Source of the DNA: a virus
Strand: one strand, 5' to 3'
Length of the DNA: 64,000 nucleotides
Virus record (IMG/VR): IMGVR_UViG_3300042731_007021
Span: 1-64,000 of that record
Position numbers and translations under genes: made by a program. Below are positions 53,929 through 64,000 of the stretch, in pieces; position 1 is the first letter of the stretch; every line of letters starts with the position of its first letter. The notes below the pieces were generated by a model. The model was not told the DNA's origin and searched no databases. It was given only the letters and a program-made list of their open reading frames with translations.

Positions 53929-54052
53929 GATTACAGGATTTTTCGGGGGTTCGTGGGGGGATTTGGCGAAATATGCTAAAGGACTTCAGTCAGATGCCCA
54001 ATTAATGGCGTTCGATCGTAGGGAGATAGCGGGGTTCTGCGAAGGTGAATAG
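53753..54052 (+). CDS. o-spanin (Rz1-like lipoprotein), overlapping; true start possibly TTG at 53801
   Basis: LLLSLTSC lipobox, P.PLL, WGDL motifs; overlapping frame. Confidence 0.75.
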   Translation: MNVNLNRLRKSLPTKSLNALIPAFLLLSLTSCVSSHCPTVVEPKIIKLCPSPLLYSEVEITGFFGGSWGDLAKYAKGLQSDAQLMAFDRREIAGFCEGE

Positions 54053-54533
54053 TCAGGAAATTCATAGAGAGGACCACGATTTATTGGCCAGTATGGATAC
54101 CCGCCTGGTCTTGGTTGAAAAGGAGTTGGAACGCATGGCCGGCATGAGAAAGTTGTTGTGGTCTACCCTGGTTTTGGTACTCATTCAAGGGGCTGTAGCA
54201 GTTTATGGATTCGGCCGAGCCATACAAAAGTTAGAATCCATTGATCCGTCAGTAATAAAAACTGACATTTCAACTATATATGACAAACAACTATCTGCTA
54301 TCCGGGATGAGCAGAGCCGACTCACTTCTTCAAGCGACAGGCTATGGGAGGCCTATAACGGGTTGAGGGACGTGATGGCTGTAAAAGACAGAGACACTTG
54401 CACCCGAGAAGAAGCGCGACAGATTCGTTCTGAAATTAACTCCACTGTAGAACAACTGCAAAACAGAGTTTTACGTCTTGAAGACGGAGCCCTTAACAAT
54501 GGCAATAGAAAGTACAGCAACGGTCACTACTAA
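54045..54533 (+). CDS. single-TM coiled-coil protein in the lysis cassette
   Basis: LLWSTLVLVLIQGAVAVYGF. Confidence 0.65.
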   Translation: MNSQEIHREDHDLLASMDTRLVLVEKELERMAGMRKLLWSTLVLVLIQGAVAVYGFGRAIQKLESIDPSVIKTDISTIYDKQLSAIRDEQSRLTSSSDRLWEAYNGLRDVMAVKDRDTCTREEARQIRSEINSTVEQLQNRVLRLEDGALNNGNRKYSNGHY

Positions 54534-54972
54534 CGTCAATGTTGATGCAAACGTAGACCTTACTTCTCAGATAATGGGGATCCTAGGTGACGTAGTGCAG
54601 TCCACCGGCATCTGGCTCCCCATGGCGCTTCTGGTATCCATTGTGCTGGTTCAGGGGATCAAAATGCTGCTGAAGTCCTTGATACCACTGGAATGGAAGC
54701 AGTATAGAAAATTTGCTACCTTTATAATTGCCTATGTCTTAGGGTTTATAGTTGGCGTTTATTTTATTCCAGGTGACGATTCTACCAAATACGCAGCTTT
54801 TGTGGGGGCTGTAAACCCCTCTGTATATTTTATTCTGGTTCAATATGCTGTAGCACGTAATAGGATCGTTCTGCTTTCCTGGCTGAAGATGCGTCCTTTA
54901 AAACGAAGCATTGAAGGCGAATTGTCTTTGGAGGATACTCAAACCTTTATTGTAAAACAGCCGAAAAAGTAA
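54499..54972 (+). CDS. putative holin (about 3 TM helices); start MAIEST
   Basis: three hydrophobic segments; GGAG RBS. Confidence 0.55.
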   Translation: MAIESTATVTTNVNVDANVDLTSQIMGILGDVVQSTGIWLPMALLVSIVLVQGIKMLLKSLIPLEWKQYRKFATFIIAYVLGFIVGVYFIPGDDSTKYAAFVGAVNPSVYFILVQYAVARNRIVLLSWLKMRPLKRSIEGELSLEDTQTFIVKQPKK

Positions 54973-55109
54973 TACTGTTACTTTGCTGTGTGTTGAAACT
55001 GTATTAAATTGTTCATCTATTACTGGAAGATATAAAATGAAATTTACTATTTTCGCTGCAGCGTTGTTGCAGCAGGTCTGCATCAACGAAAAAGAGAGGT
55101 ATTTTTGCT

Positions 55110-55598
55110 ATGAATAAGTCCGCCGAGGATTTTAACGGCACCCATATCCACGAAGTGTGGGATTCCAGGCTATCAAAAGCTGCTCCGACTATATATAACC
55201 CGGAGGGCGGGACGTGGTTTTGTCGCATCCATGCACATGATGGCAGCGGGGTGCTGGCCGAATACGATACCGGTATCAAGGTCGTGCCTGGCGACGACGA
55301 TGACCGATCGGCATTTAAAGAAATTTACGCTTGGTTGCACTCAGTGCGGGACGAATTCTCGCGGGACGACATTGATGAGCAAAAAGAGATATTATCTCTG
55401 CGACGAGCCTGTGATGAAGAGTTACACTCCCTCAACAAGCAACTAGCTGATGAGTGGAATGCAAACGGGGGCAAAAAAACCTCCAAATATTACGAACTCA
55501 AAGGTCGCTATAATGAGCAACTGATGAAAAACAAGGAACTGATCCAGCAAGCGAAAGCGTTAGCGGCTGAAAAATTTGAACAGCGGATGGAGGGTTAG
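55110..55598 (+). CDS. hypothetical protein
   Basis: 162-aa ORF with GAGG RBS. Confidence 0.7.
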   Translation: MNKSAEDFNGTHIHEVWDSRLSKAAPTIYNPEGGTWFCRIHAHDGSGVLAEYDTGIKVVPGDDDDRSAFKEIYAWLHSVRDEFSRDDIDEQKEILSLRRACDEELHSLNKQLADEWNANGGKKTSKYYELKGRYNEQLMKNKELIQQAKALAAEKFEQRMEG

Positions 55599-55601
55599 GA
55601 T

Positions 55602-56000
55602 ATGAGTATTTTTAGGTCAGACGCGTATCGTACGGCCCGCGGGAATGTCCACAATACCCAACGCGGCACCAGCGCCCTACTTAGGGTACGCACTGGTGCA
55701 GCTAATGGCGTAGGCGGGGCGGGAACGCTGCTTGGAGAATTAACTGGCAACGCCGCTGGATGGGGGTCCACGGTGGCCGGCGTTAATACGGCGAACGCCA
55801 TCACAGCCGACTCCAGCGCAGACGCTACCGGGACTGCAGGCCATATAGAGATATTGACATCCGCAGCATTGTGGCTGGAATCTCGTGACTTGAATACCGG
55901 TGACGGGGCAACCATCGATAATGCGTCAATTGTTGCGGGCCAGCCAATTCAATTATCTGGGGATTTCACCATCACCGAGCCGCATGACGACGGCGTATAA
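55602..56000 (+). CDS. small virion structural protein (fibre-module type)
   Basis: A.ATGTAGH...IDN.SIVAGQ.I....FTITEP. Confidence 0.65.
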   Translation: MSIFRSDAYRTARGNVHNTQRGTSALLRVRTGAANGVGGAGTLLGELTGNAAGWGSTVAGVNTANAITADSSADATGTAGHIEILTSAALWLESRDLNTGDGATIDNASIVAGQPIQLSGDFTITEPHDDGV

Positions 56001-56023
56001 ACTGATTTAAGTGAGGAAATAAC

Positions 56024-56413
56024 ATGAAAAAATTATTTTATGCAGCGGCATTTATTGCTGGATTGGCGCTGCTCCAAGGGTGTAGTGATACTGTTGCACA
56101 ATCACCGACTCCGCATCATTTCACCGTAGTTCCTGCGGATGAAATGGCGCTGGAGTTTACAATCTATTGTGGGCAGGCATCGGGGGCCTATACCCAGAAT
56201 GTAAACATCCCATCTGACAGCACCAACCGGGCTAACCCGGTATCCATCGATGTGATAGATGTACATTTACCAGACGGCGGTAATTATTGTGCAGCAACAG
56301 CGCGTAACTTTAGGGGAGAGTCTGGCTACACACCAGAGATATTTGTAACAATACAGGATGGGGATCTTTTGACCGGCCCACCATCAACACCCTCACAACT
56401 AACAGTCGATTAG
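56024..56413 (+). CDS. lipoprotein with an FN3-like domain
   Basis: LLQGC lipobox; IYCG..SG.Y...YCAATA.N..GESGY..E. Confidence 0.7.
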   Translation: MKKLFYAAAFIAGLALLQGCSDTVAQSPTPHHFTVVPADEMALEFTIYCGQASGAYTQNVNIPSDSTNRANPVSIDVIDVHLPDGGNYCAATARNFRGESGYTPEIFVTIQDGDLLTGPPSTPSQLTVD

Positions 56414-56422
56414 GAGTAAACC

Positions 56423-56941
56423 ATGGCGATAAAAGAAAACTGGCTGAACGAAAACCTGTGCAGCTTTGATGAAAAGGTACGGGTTGAGTTAGGTCCACAA
56501 ATCATTGAAATGGAATGCAATGATGACAACCTGAGCGACGCGGTAACCGAGTCTTATTACCAGACAGGCGGTAGGGATGCGTATGGACGTGTCATTCGCA
56601 AATCGGTGGTAGAACAGGAATTGGACAAACATCTGTCTGATAAATCGCTTAACCCGGCGCAAGTAGCGGTGGCGCGCAAACTTAAACAGGATCTTGCGAA
56701 AGATACTTTCGGTGCGGTCGAGAATGGCGAGATGATGGCGGTTGTTGACCGGCAAGCCAAATTAGCGCCAATGCTGTGGAAGATCTATCAAAACCAGGAC
56801 ACAGGACGTGTGTACGAAAAAGATCAGCGCGACGGTATCAATAAAGTGGGCGAGCCTATTATGCGGTTTGTCAAGGTCGACGAGCGCGAAGACAGGGATG
56901 AGGCTCTGGCTATTGCCAAAAACCTTGCAGAGGGGATGTAA
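56423..56941 (+). CDS. hypothetical protein
   Basis: 172-aa ORF with AGGAG RBS. Confidence 0.7.
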   Translation: MAIKENWLNENLCSFDEKVRVELGPQIIEMECNDDNLSDAVTESYYQTGGRDAYGRVIRKSVVEQELDKHLSDKSLNPAQVAVARKLKQDLAKDTFGAVENGEMMAVVDRQAKLAPMLWKIYQNQDTGRVYEKDQRDGINKVGEPIMRFVKVDEREDRDEALAIAKNLAEGM

Positions 56942-56943
56942 TC

Positions 56944-57324
56944 ATGCCGTATATCAATACCAATATTTTTGACAATGGGTTGACCACGATTGCTAGCGCA
57001 ACCGGGCAACGGGTTGATATCAACTACACGCAGGAACCTACAACATATACTGAGGCTACCAGCACGTATAGTTGCGGAAACGAAACGGCGTTGACTTTGA
57101 CTGCCATCACAAATCATCCGACCAGCGGACGAGAAGTGAAAACTCCTGCAATTACCGATGGGGATACAACAGCTAATCAGACGGCGGGCTGGTGGTCTCT
57201 GACCAATGCATCGGATACGCTCCATGCCGCAGGCGCGTTATCAGCAGCTCAGGCTGTGACATCAGGGAACAAGTTTACACTGGGCGCAATCTCCGTAGCA
57301 ATTCGTGGCGCTACTGCGGCGTAA
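56944..57324 (+). CDS. small virion structural protein
   Basis: FDNGL, EPTTY.EA, SGR.V..PAITDG, L.A.Q.VTSGN.FTL. Confidence 0.7.
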   Translation: MPYINTNIFDNGLTTIASATGQRVDINYTQEPTTYTEATSTYSCGNETALTLTAITNHPTSGREVKTPAITDGDTTANQTAGWWSLTNASDTLHAAGALSAAQAVTSGNKFTLGAISVAIRGATAA

Positions 57325-57330
57325 GCACTC

Positions 57331-57367
57331 ACCGGCCCGGAGCCTGACTGGAGCCGGGCCGGTTTTT
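57331..57367 (+). terminator. intrinsic terminator
   Basis: ACCGGCCCGG...CCGGGCCGGT TTTT. Confidence 0.75.
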
Positions 57368-57390
57368 ACAAAATAAACGCGGGGTGTTAA

Positions 57391-58770
57391 ATGACGTTAA
57401 ACGCCGCAAATCACACGATGATGCTGGAGGGTAGCGGTGATGTTACACACATCGGTAATCCTGATTTCATTCTGCATGTAAAAAATTCACACCGGATTAT
57501 CACCGCCAGTAATGAGTCGTGGCAACCGCTTGGAGTGCACTCCAGCTCCATTGCCGCCCAAATCACAGTGGCTACCGCCAAATCATATCTGGACGATCTG
57601 GTTGCTAACGGGATTAATGCTATATCCTGTATGGTGCCTCAGAGTCTTTTTACGGATAATACTCCGACATGGAACAATGAGGACGGCAATCCGCCATTTG
57701 ACTCAGTAGTACCGTCAACCTCGTCGCTGGATTTTACCGATCCGAATTCTGCCTATTGGGCCAATGTGGACGAGATCATCAACTACGCGGCCACGAAGGG
57801 TATTATGTGTGGTTTAGCCTGCTGTTTCCTCGGTAATAGTTTCGGGTCAGAGGGGTGGGCAACGCACATATCAGATAATGGCACAACACGAATGCAAGCT
57901 TACGGCGAGTGGTTGGGTAATCGTTATAAGGATTACCCAAATATATTTTGGATAATCGGCGGAGATGAGCATCCTGATTACGGCCCTGATCTGACCTCTC
58001 ATATGGACTCTGTCGCGAATGGAATAAAAACCTACGATAAGCGGCATTTAATGACCGCACACGGCAAGGATAACAATTCATCCTTAGATGACTATCCCGG
58101 TAAATCATGGCTCGACATTAACCTGAATTATTCTCTCCCATGGTCAAGTATATGCGCTCAAATAAGGGGCGATTATCAGGAAACATCACCTTTGCCTGTT
58201 GTTCAGGGTGAGACGACATTCGGCAATCAGGATGGGCAAACTGATCTAGGCGTAATGAGATCGGTCTATCAAGGTATATTACACGGTGGTTTTGGTCATT
58301 TTGCAGGTATGGCTCCGCTTTGGGGATTCGGCTGTTCTGCTATGGATGTGGTTAAAAATGATGGTACCTATACATGGCAGCAGACCGTTAATCCAGGGCA
58401 TTACGGATTTCAATACTTACAATATGCGAGACGATTGCAGGTAGCACGTGATTTACCCGAGCTAACACCTGACTACGCTGGAACTTTCGTAACAGCGGGA
58501 AAAGGAACGGAAGGTTCGTCTTATTCCCCGGTCGTCGCGGATTCGACTCAATTAGTGGCGTTTTGCAATCAAGGCGCGGATTTAACGGTCGACCTGTCTC
58601 AATTTGACGGGAGTTTAACAGCTCGCTGGTTTGACCCAACGGATGGCAGTGTGACTACTGACGGAGGCAGCCCATACACAAACTCAGGGTCAAACCAATT
58701 CACAACACCAGATAGTGGGGACTGGGTATTGTTGCTGGATCTCGTATCTTTAGGGTTGGGTGATCCGTGA
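57391..58770 (+). CDS. DUF4038 (apiosidase/GH140-like TIM barrel) plus collagen-binding-like C-terminal domain
   Basis: PN.AYW..VD, LG.RYKD.PNI.WIIGGD, HLMTAH, WLD.N..YS, PVV.GE, VDLS.F....ARWFDP.DG...DWVLLL. Confidence 0.8.
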   Translation: MTLNAANHTMMLEGSGDVTHIGNPDFILHVKNSHRIITASNESWQPLGVHSSSIAAQITVATAKSYLDDLVANGINAISCMVPQSLFTDNTPTWNNEDGNPPFDSVVPSTSSLDFTDPNSAYWANVDEIINYAATKGIMCGLACCFLGNSFGSEGWATHISDNGTTRMQAYGEWLGNRYKDYPNIFWIIGGDEHPDYGPDLTSHMDSVANGIKTYDKRHLMTAHGKDNNSSLDDYPGKSWLDINLNYSLPWSSICAQIRGDYQETSPLPVVQGETTFGNQDGQTDLGVMRSVYQGILHGGFGHFAGMAPLWGFGCSAMDVVKNDGTYTWQQTVNPGHYGFQYLQYARRLQVARDLPELTPDYAGTFVTAGKGTEGSSYSPVVADSTQLVAFCNQGADLTVDLSQFDGSLTARWFDPTDGSVTTDGGSPYTNSGSNQFTTPDSGDWVLLLDLVSLGLGDP

Positions 58771-61277
58771 CAGTCGTTGTCGGCAATAATGGCTCAGCTT
58801 TCGATACCGGGGCTGTCGCCAGTCTGGAAACCGCGTCGTTTTCGGTATCAGGTACAAATCGTCTATTAGTTGCGTTTGCCGGTAACGGCAGCGGCACGAC
58901 CAATGTCAACTCGTTGAATTGGGGCGGCTCAGGCGGCGACGCGATCAATGATTACGCTGGCAATCTAGTATCAATGGATTTGCGCGCTCAGATCGCGCCA
59001 ACAGTACAAACATCCACAGCCTATGCATCATGGGCATCCGCGCAGCCAGAACCAGGGTTACTTGCGGTCAATCTGACTGGCGTTGATCAAACGACCTCAG
59101 TACGCGATCAAAGCGGCAGCGATATCGCGTCAAACAGCGGAACCGGAACCACTGCATCCTTAACAATTAACACATCCACGGCAGGCGATGGCGATCTCGT
59201 TGTCGCTGTCTGTGCTGGCGTCTGGTCGAATTCAGGCGCACACACATTAACATTTGAAGACGCCAACGAGATAGATCAGGTCCAAACTGGCGAGGTCTAT
59301 TATTCAATGGCCTACAAACAGGCCACGGGCAGCACAACCACGCTACAGTGGACATTATCAGGCAGCCAGTTATCCGGTTGGTATGTTGTCGGATTTGCCG
59401 TCATACCTGCGGCGGCGGGGTATGATTTAACACCTGTCAGCGCAGAGTCAGCTAGTGAGGTTAGTTCACCGACCCTTGGCGTGATCTATGGTCTAGCAGC
59501 AACCAGCGTAGAATCAGCCAGTGAAGTCAGCTCTCCTACCCTTGGTGTGCAGGGGACGTATGATTTAACAGCAACCAGTGTTGAATCGGTTTCTGAAGTC
59601 ACCAGCCCAGATATTGGGCTGGTATATCAATTAACAGCCACTAGCGTTGAATCTGCATCAGAAGTTTCTAGCCCTACCGTCAGTGTGCAGGGGACATATG
59701 ATTTAACATCTGTCAACGTTGAATCTGCAAGCGAAGTAAGTTCTCCGGAATTACACCCATTCACCGGATATAACCTGACATTCTTCACGGTTGATTATGC
59801 TGATTTCGACCCGGAATCTCCGTTTTTTGGCGATGCCACCTATCAGAACATAGTGTCTGGAGACGCCTGTCACTACGAGCATACAACACCGGAGGATGGT
59901 CTTTCAGTAAGTATGTCCGGTACGGGTAAGTTCACGTGGTCTGGAACCCAAACACAGCAGAATACTATAGATTTTGAGATATTCGACGCCAGCGATTTCA
60001 CCTACGGCACAGCCGGGACGATTTATCTTGCGGTATCATGGGGGGAGCAAGGTGTCGAGTCTGCTGCTGAGGTATCAAGCCCGGCTCTTGGTATCATATA
60101 TCAACTGGATGCGGTCAGTGTAGAATCGGATTCAGAGGTATCAAGCCCCACTGTTGGACTCATATATAACCTCACAGCGACCAGCGTCGAGTCTACCACT
60201 GAGGTATCAAGTCCCACTATTGGGCTCATATATGACCTCACAGCAACCAGTGTAGAATCGGATTCAGAGGTATCAAGCCAGGCTCTTGGACTCATATACA
60301 ATCTGACGGCTGTCAGTGCTGAAGCTGTAAGCGAAGTGTCATCCCCTGTTTTAGGGATAATTGGAATCTATGACCTGAATCCAGTCAGTGTCGAGTCTGA
60401 TTCAAAGGTTTCCAGCCCTACGCTAACGCAAAACCATCAATTAACCGCGATCAGTGTCGAGTCTGCGTCAGAGGTTTCCAGCCCGGCACTTGGAAATATT
60501 TATAGCATCACAGCAACCTGTGTTGAGGATGGTGAAGCGCAAAGCGCAAATATTCAGACGCTGGTGCAGATAACTGCAGACCAGTATGAAACTGACGATA
60601 CTCAGAATAGCAGTGTCCAGGTGGTTGCCAGCGTCTCTGCAAGCCAAACGGAAGCGGATGAAACTCAAAATGCCAACCTTAATGCAACCAATGCCATCAA
60701 CCTGGCATTTACCCAGGTTGAGGAAGAGGAAACAACCAACCTCAACCTCAGCTCTACTGTATCTCTCAGCATGCCGCAAATTGAAAATGGTGAGGCGCAA
60801 AACTCTGATTTCAGCGTATCGGCGTCGCTCGGTGCGGCTCAGACCGAAGAAGTTGATACCCAGTCAGTTAATTTACAGGTCCAAACGTCAATGACGTTCA
60901 GCCAGATGGAGGGGGATGATTCCCAGTCAGTAGGTTTTGACGTATTGGTTGGCCTGTCGATGACACAAACAGAGGTTGTGGAAGCTCAGACATTGAGCCT
61001 CAACGCCACTGACACTCGCAGCCTGTCGTTTGGCATCATAGAGGGCGGAGAAACCCAGGTATTCAATCTCAGTGTTCCGGTTAACGTATCGATGGCTCAG
61101 ACTGAAGCTTTTGAAGACCAGACAGCAAACTTAGCTACCACCCTATCGTTGGCTTTCAATTTGACAGAAAGTGCGGATGTACAATCTGCTCACTTTCTAG
61201 CAGGCGTCTACGATCTAAACTCCATAACACAGACTGTCCGCATCCCAAGGACTAAGACCTTAAGGATCCCTTCTTGA
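58767..61277 (+). CDS. repeat-rich fibre-like virion protein
   Basis: many about-22-aa YDLTATSVESASEVSSPTLG repeats, then Q.E..E.Q..NL repeats. Confidence 0.75.
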   Translation: MTVVVGNNGSAFDTGAVASLETASFSVSGTNRLLVAFAGNGSGTTNVNSLNWGGSGGDAINDYAGNLVSMDLRAQIAPTVQTSTAYASWASAQPEPGLLAVNLTGVDQTTSVRDQSGSDIASNSGTGTTASLTINTSTAGDGDLVVAVCAGVWSNSGAHTLTFEDANEIDQVQTGEVYYSMAYKQATGSTTTLQWTLSGSQLSGWYVVGFAVIPAAAGYDLTPVSAESASEVSSPTLGVIYGLAATSVESASEVSSPTLGVQGTYDLTATSVESVSEVTSPDIGLVYQLTATSVESASEVSSPTVSVQGTYDLTSVNVESASEVSSPELHPFTGYNLTFFTVDYADFDPESPFFGDATYQNIVSGDACHYEHTTPEDGLSVSMSGTGKFTWSGTQTQQNTIDFEIFDASDFTYGTAGTIYLAVSWGEQGVESAAEVSSPALGIIYQLDAVSVESDSEVSSPTVGLIYNLTATSVESTTEVSSPTIGLIYDLTATSVESDSEVSSQALGLIYNLTAVSAEAVSEVSSPVLGIIGIYDLNPVSVESDSKVSSPTLTQNHQLTAISVESASEVSSPALGNIYSITATCVEDGEAQSANIQTLVQITADQYETDDTQNSSVQVVASVSASQTEADETQNANLNATNAINLAFTQVEEEETTNLNLSSTVSLSMPQIENGEAQNSDFSVSASLGAAQTEEVDTQSVNLQVQTSMTFSQMEGDDSQSVGFDVLVGLSMTQTEVVEAQTLSLNATDTRSLSFGIIEGGETQVFNLSVPVNVSMAQTEAFEDQTANLATTLSLAFNLTESADVQSAHFLAGVYDLNSITQTVRIPRTKTLRIPS

Positions 61278-61343
61278 CCAGTTGAATAAAGCCATCCCTT
61301 GGCTTATCATGCCTGTAAACTTAAAATCTGAAGGTATTGTAGT

Positions 61344-61637
61344 GTGAGCAGAACCGTCACATGGAAAAAAAATCTTAAGTTGGATCCTAAAGATGTCAGT
61401 GACGACTACTTATTGGCGATTGATTGGTCTGACAAACTTGGTACTGACACAATAGTAAGCGCCGACGTCTCTTCAGATTCTGGAATTACTACTACGGTGT
61501 ATAGCAGTACTGACACCACCTCTATTATATTGATAAGCGGGGGTGAGGATGGCAAATCTTACACAGTTACTGCTAAAGTATACACTGCAGTGCAGCATTT
61601 TGAGCGATCGGTAATTGTACCGGTCGAGGAACTGTAA
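61344..61637 (+). CDS. fibre-tail adaptor-like protein
   Basis: DP....DY..DWSD.L..DTI.S...ISGG..G.SY.VT..V.T....ERS....V. Confidence 0.7.
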   Translation: MSRTVTWKKNLKLDPKDVSDDYLLAIDWSDKLGTDTIVSADVSSDSGITTTVYSSTDTTSIILISGGEDGKSYTVTAKVYTAVQHFERSVIVPVEEL

Positions 61638-61656
61638 ACAAACCTTCGAGGTAAGC

Positions 61657-61851
61657 ATGTTAGACGATATCATTGAAGCTGTAGAGAGTTTTGAAAAACT
61701 GAACCAGTCAGAACTCAGCCAACGTAATGTCTCCGGACTGTTCAAGATCAAGGCTGAGTTGGAGTTATTGAAGTCAGCATTTCCTGAAAAGAAGAAATCG
61801 GCCAAGAAGACTCTGAAAGTGGGGGTTGAAGAAGGTGAAGGCGGGGATTAA
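61657..61851 (+). CDS. hypothetical protein; start MLDDII
   Basis: GAGGT RBS. Confidence 0.55.
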   Translation: MLDDIIEAVESFEKLNQSELSQRNVSGLFKIKAELELLKSAFPEKKKSAKKTLKVGVEEGEGGD

Positions 61852-62102
61852 AAGTGCTCTTCACTTGAATCTCCTTCCAACTGCTCCGTATACCGCAGAA
61901 GAGCCTGCTCATTAAGACGACGCTGTATCTCTTCAACACTGTCCCTGAGAAAATCTATATTGCAAGTGTGGTCCTGCAATTCTCCGTCGTCATAATAAGT
62001 CTGACAAGAGGCTGAGTGGCATAAAAACAGGATTCTCCTTAATTCCAACTCTGTTTCAGGGATGTCAGGAAACTTTCCCCCCATCAGCTTAAACATAGTC
62101 AC
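61848..62102 (-). CDS. hypothetical protein (YYDDGELQD...IDFLRDS motif)
   Basis: coupled to the SbcC-like gene. Confidence 0.7.
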   Translation of the reverse strand: MTMFKLMGGKFPDIPETELELRRILFLCHSASCQTYYDDGELQDHTCNIDFLRDSVEEIQRRLNEQALLRYTEQLEGDSSEEHF

Positions 62103-64000
62103 ATCTCAATAACATTTGCAGCCACGCCCCTGTCCGATTCCCGGTGTGTGACCATCAACACTTGGCCATGCCCCAGAAGAGCCCCAGACAGCCGCATAGC
62201 ATTTTCTTCCCGCATTGACTCGGTAGGCTCGTCTAACACAACAAGCGGCATTGACGCCCTCAGGGACGACGACAGGGCCAACCTTACCGCAACCCCTATG
62301 AATCCTTTCTGAGCCCCTGAGGCAGCCGCTACTGGTGCGTAGGTGCCATCTTCGCAGAACATGAAGCCCCGCTTTTCGTCTTTAGATAAGGCAGTTATCT
62401 TGCCACTGGTGGCTTGATTCAAAAAATCTGAAGCAGTCGATAATATGTTAACCCACACAGATGATAAAAATTTGACTCTGGATTCCTTCAAATATTTGAC
62501 AAATGACTTCAAGGTTTTTACTTCTTTCAATGAGGCCTCAAACTTCTTCTCATCTTCAAGAACCGTCTTCCAGTTTTGAACACTGGCTTCTGCCTTGGCC
62601 AGGTCGGTGGACAATTTAACCAACTTCGGGTTCAATGAGTCTATTGCCTGGTCGGCCAATTCCAGGTCGGTCAACACAGTATTGAGGTCAGATTCAGAGA
62701 CAGATATTTTTCTCAAAGCCTCGACAATTTCAGACATTTTTGTTGAATTGCTGTCGACCCTTATCTTCAACTTGTCCATTTCCTGCTTCACAATATTGAT
62801 ATTGGACACCAATCCTCTCCTTTCTGCCAATTGGGTCCTCAAGGTTTCCAGGTCCACCTCTTCCCTTTCAATGGAACTTGGGTCGGATAGGGTTGTGGAG
62901 GCCAATTCGTCGGCAAGTTCTGCGGCTTCTTCACTCCATTGTTTAGCTTTCACCGCCCAGTTTTTGTATCCAGAGGTGCGGGCTGATATGGCCGCATCAG
63001 ATTCCGCCTTGAGCCTTAAAACCTCAGCTTCAAGCACACTGTATTGGGCTTGAATTTCTTCCATATCTGATTCCAGCGAACTCAGACTAGCGCGATGCTT
63101 TTCCAACGTATCCTGGGATGCTATATCCTGACCACAACATTTACAGATTCCTGACTCAATGGCTTTCTTCAGGTCGGCAGCTTGAGATTCAAGGCCGCTA
63201 TACAAGTGTTCCAGTTTTTCAAGTTCTTGATTTTTTGAATCGAAAGCATGGACGGCTTTCTCTTCAGCGTCTATAAGCTTTTTGTCAGATTTGATATGTG
63301 GTTTAGCATCTTCTGCATTGATAAGTAGCGTCTGCATCCTCTCATTTTTTTCTCCGGCTACTTGTATTTCTTGCTTGGCTTTTTCCAACGCATCCTTACG
63401 CTCGCGGTAATCGGATTCAGAGATTTCCCTGATTTCAGTTAACTGGCTCTCCAGTCGTATAAGGTTGACTTTATTGTCGTCATAACTCACTGAAGCAGCA
63501 TCCAGTCGCTCCTGAATAACTGCCTTCTCTGAGCGCAATTCCTCAGCTTCCGTCAACTGTTTACGGATAGCGGCTTCACGCACTTTGCTGGCTGCCTTCG
63601 ACGTTTGATGATGGGCCAAAGTCGTCTCGCACTCTTCTTTGTCCAATTTCAGCGTAGCGCTATCCTTTTCAGCCTGCTTCAATAATTTACTGACAGTCTT
63701 CACACCTCCTTGCGATTCAAACAACTCGACCTCCCGTTCCAGGCCGATTATGTCTTGAGAGGCCAACTTGATCACCGAATCAATAAATTCCACCCCGGAA
63801 AACTTTTCAACATCCCGCTGAAGCTGGGTAGCCCCGATAGTCAAAAGCCCAGCGGTTTCCCCCTGCTCAGACCAATTCAACATCTTGAAGCCATTCAGGT
63901 CTACGTTGGCCAATTCTTTGACAATGTAGTCATTCGACGGTGTGTTGCCGGATGCAACCAGTTCTCCGCCTTTTTTGACTGAGCAATTATTGATCGTTCT
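62099..64000 (-). CDS. SbcC/Rad50-like SMC ATPase (recombination nuclease subunit), 5' end outside the window
   Basis: long coiled coil, CKCCG zinc hook, ASGAQK signature, VVLDEPT Walker B, VTHR; frame open to the window edge. Confidence 0.9.
   Translation of the reverse strand, partial: RTINNCSVKKGGELVASGNTPSNDYIVKELANVDLNGFKMLNWSEQGETAGLLTIGATQLQRDVEKFSGVEFIDSVIKLASQDIIGLEREVELFESQGGVKTVSKLLKQAEKDSATLKLDKEECETTLAHHQTSKAASKVREAAIRKQLTEAEELRSEKAVIQERLDAASVSYDDNKVNLIRLESQLTEIREISESDYRERKDALEKAKQEIQVAGEKNERMQTLLINAEDAKPHIKSDKKLIDAEEKAVHAFDSKNQELEKLEHLYSGLESQAADLKKAIESGICKCCGQDIASQDTLEKHRASLSSLESDMEEIQAQYSVLEAEVLRLKAESDAAISARTSGYKNWAVKAKQWSEEAAELADELASTTLSDPSSIEREEVDLETLRTQLAERRGLVSNINIVKQEMDKLKIRVDSNSTKMSEIVEALRKISVSESDLNTVLTDLELADQAIDSLNPKLVKLSTDLAKAEASVQNWKTVLEDEKKFEASLKEVKTLKSFVKYLKESRVKFLSSVWVNILSTASDFLNQATSGKITALSKDEKRGFMFCEDGTYAPVAAASGAQKGFIGVAVRLALSSSLRASMPLVVLDEPTESMREENAMRLSGALLGHGQVLMVTHRESDRGVAANVIEM

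Noticed and set aside
58767-61277. Diversity-generating retroelement TR/VR pair among the repeats
   Set aside because: The repeats are in-frame protein repeats with differences at all bases, and there is no reverse transcriptase in the window.

Overview
This window is part of a tailed dsDNA phage genome of siphovirus type (tape measure, tail tube, no sheath gene). Spanin-type lysis genes point to a Gram-negative host. Layout: about 0.1-21.3 kb is a long minus-strand accessory region with many small genes, an initiator-type tRNA-Met, NADAR, Pth2, a Gp49-family protein, an HNH protein and a multidomain methyltransferase. About 21.3-22.4 kb is AT-rich non-coding DNA. About 22.4-25.3 kb is a minus-strand early-type operon containing a type II hammerhead ribozyme. 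About 25.8-31.9 kb holds plus-strand genes (XF1762/Mom-like, Nmad5, nrdB, SLOG, DnaJ). About 32-61.9 kb covers packaging, head, tail, lysis and fibre genes, and an SbcC-like ATPase runs off the right end. The most striking signal is two arrays of small genes (about 0.27-2.85 kb and 11.9-14.6 kb) separated by integron attC-like sites. These sites have R''/L''/L'/R' boxes and an extrahelical base, and each R'' matches the R' of the preceding site, as expected for IntI-assembled cassettes. All cargo genes lie antisense to the usual cassette orientation, and no integrase is present in the window. All product calls come from motif recognition by eye, not database searches.
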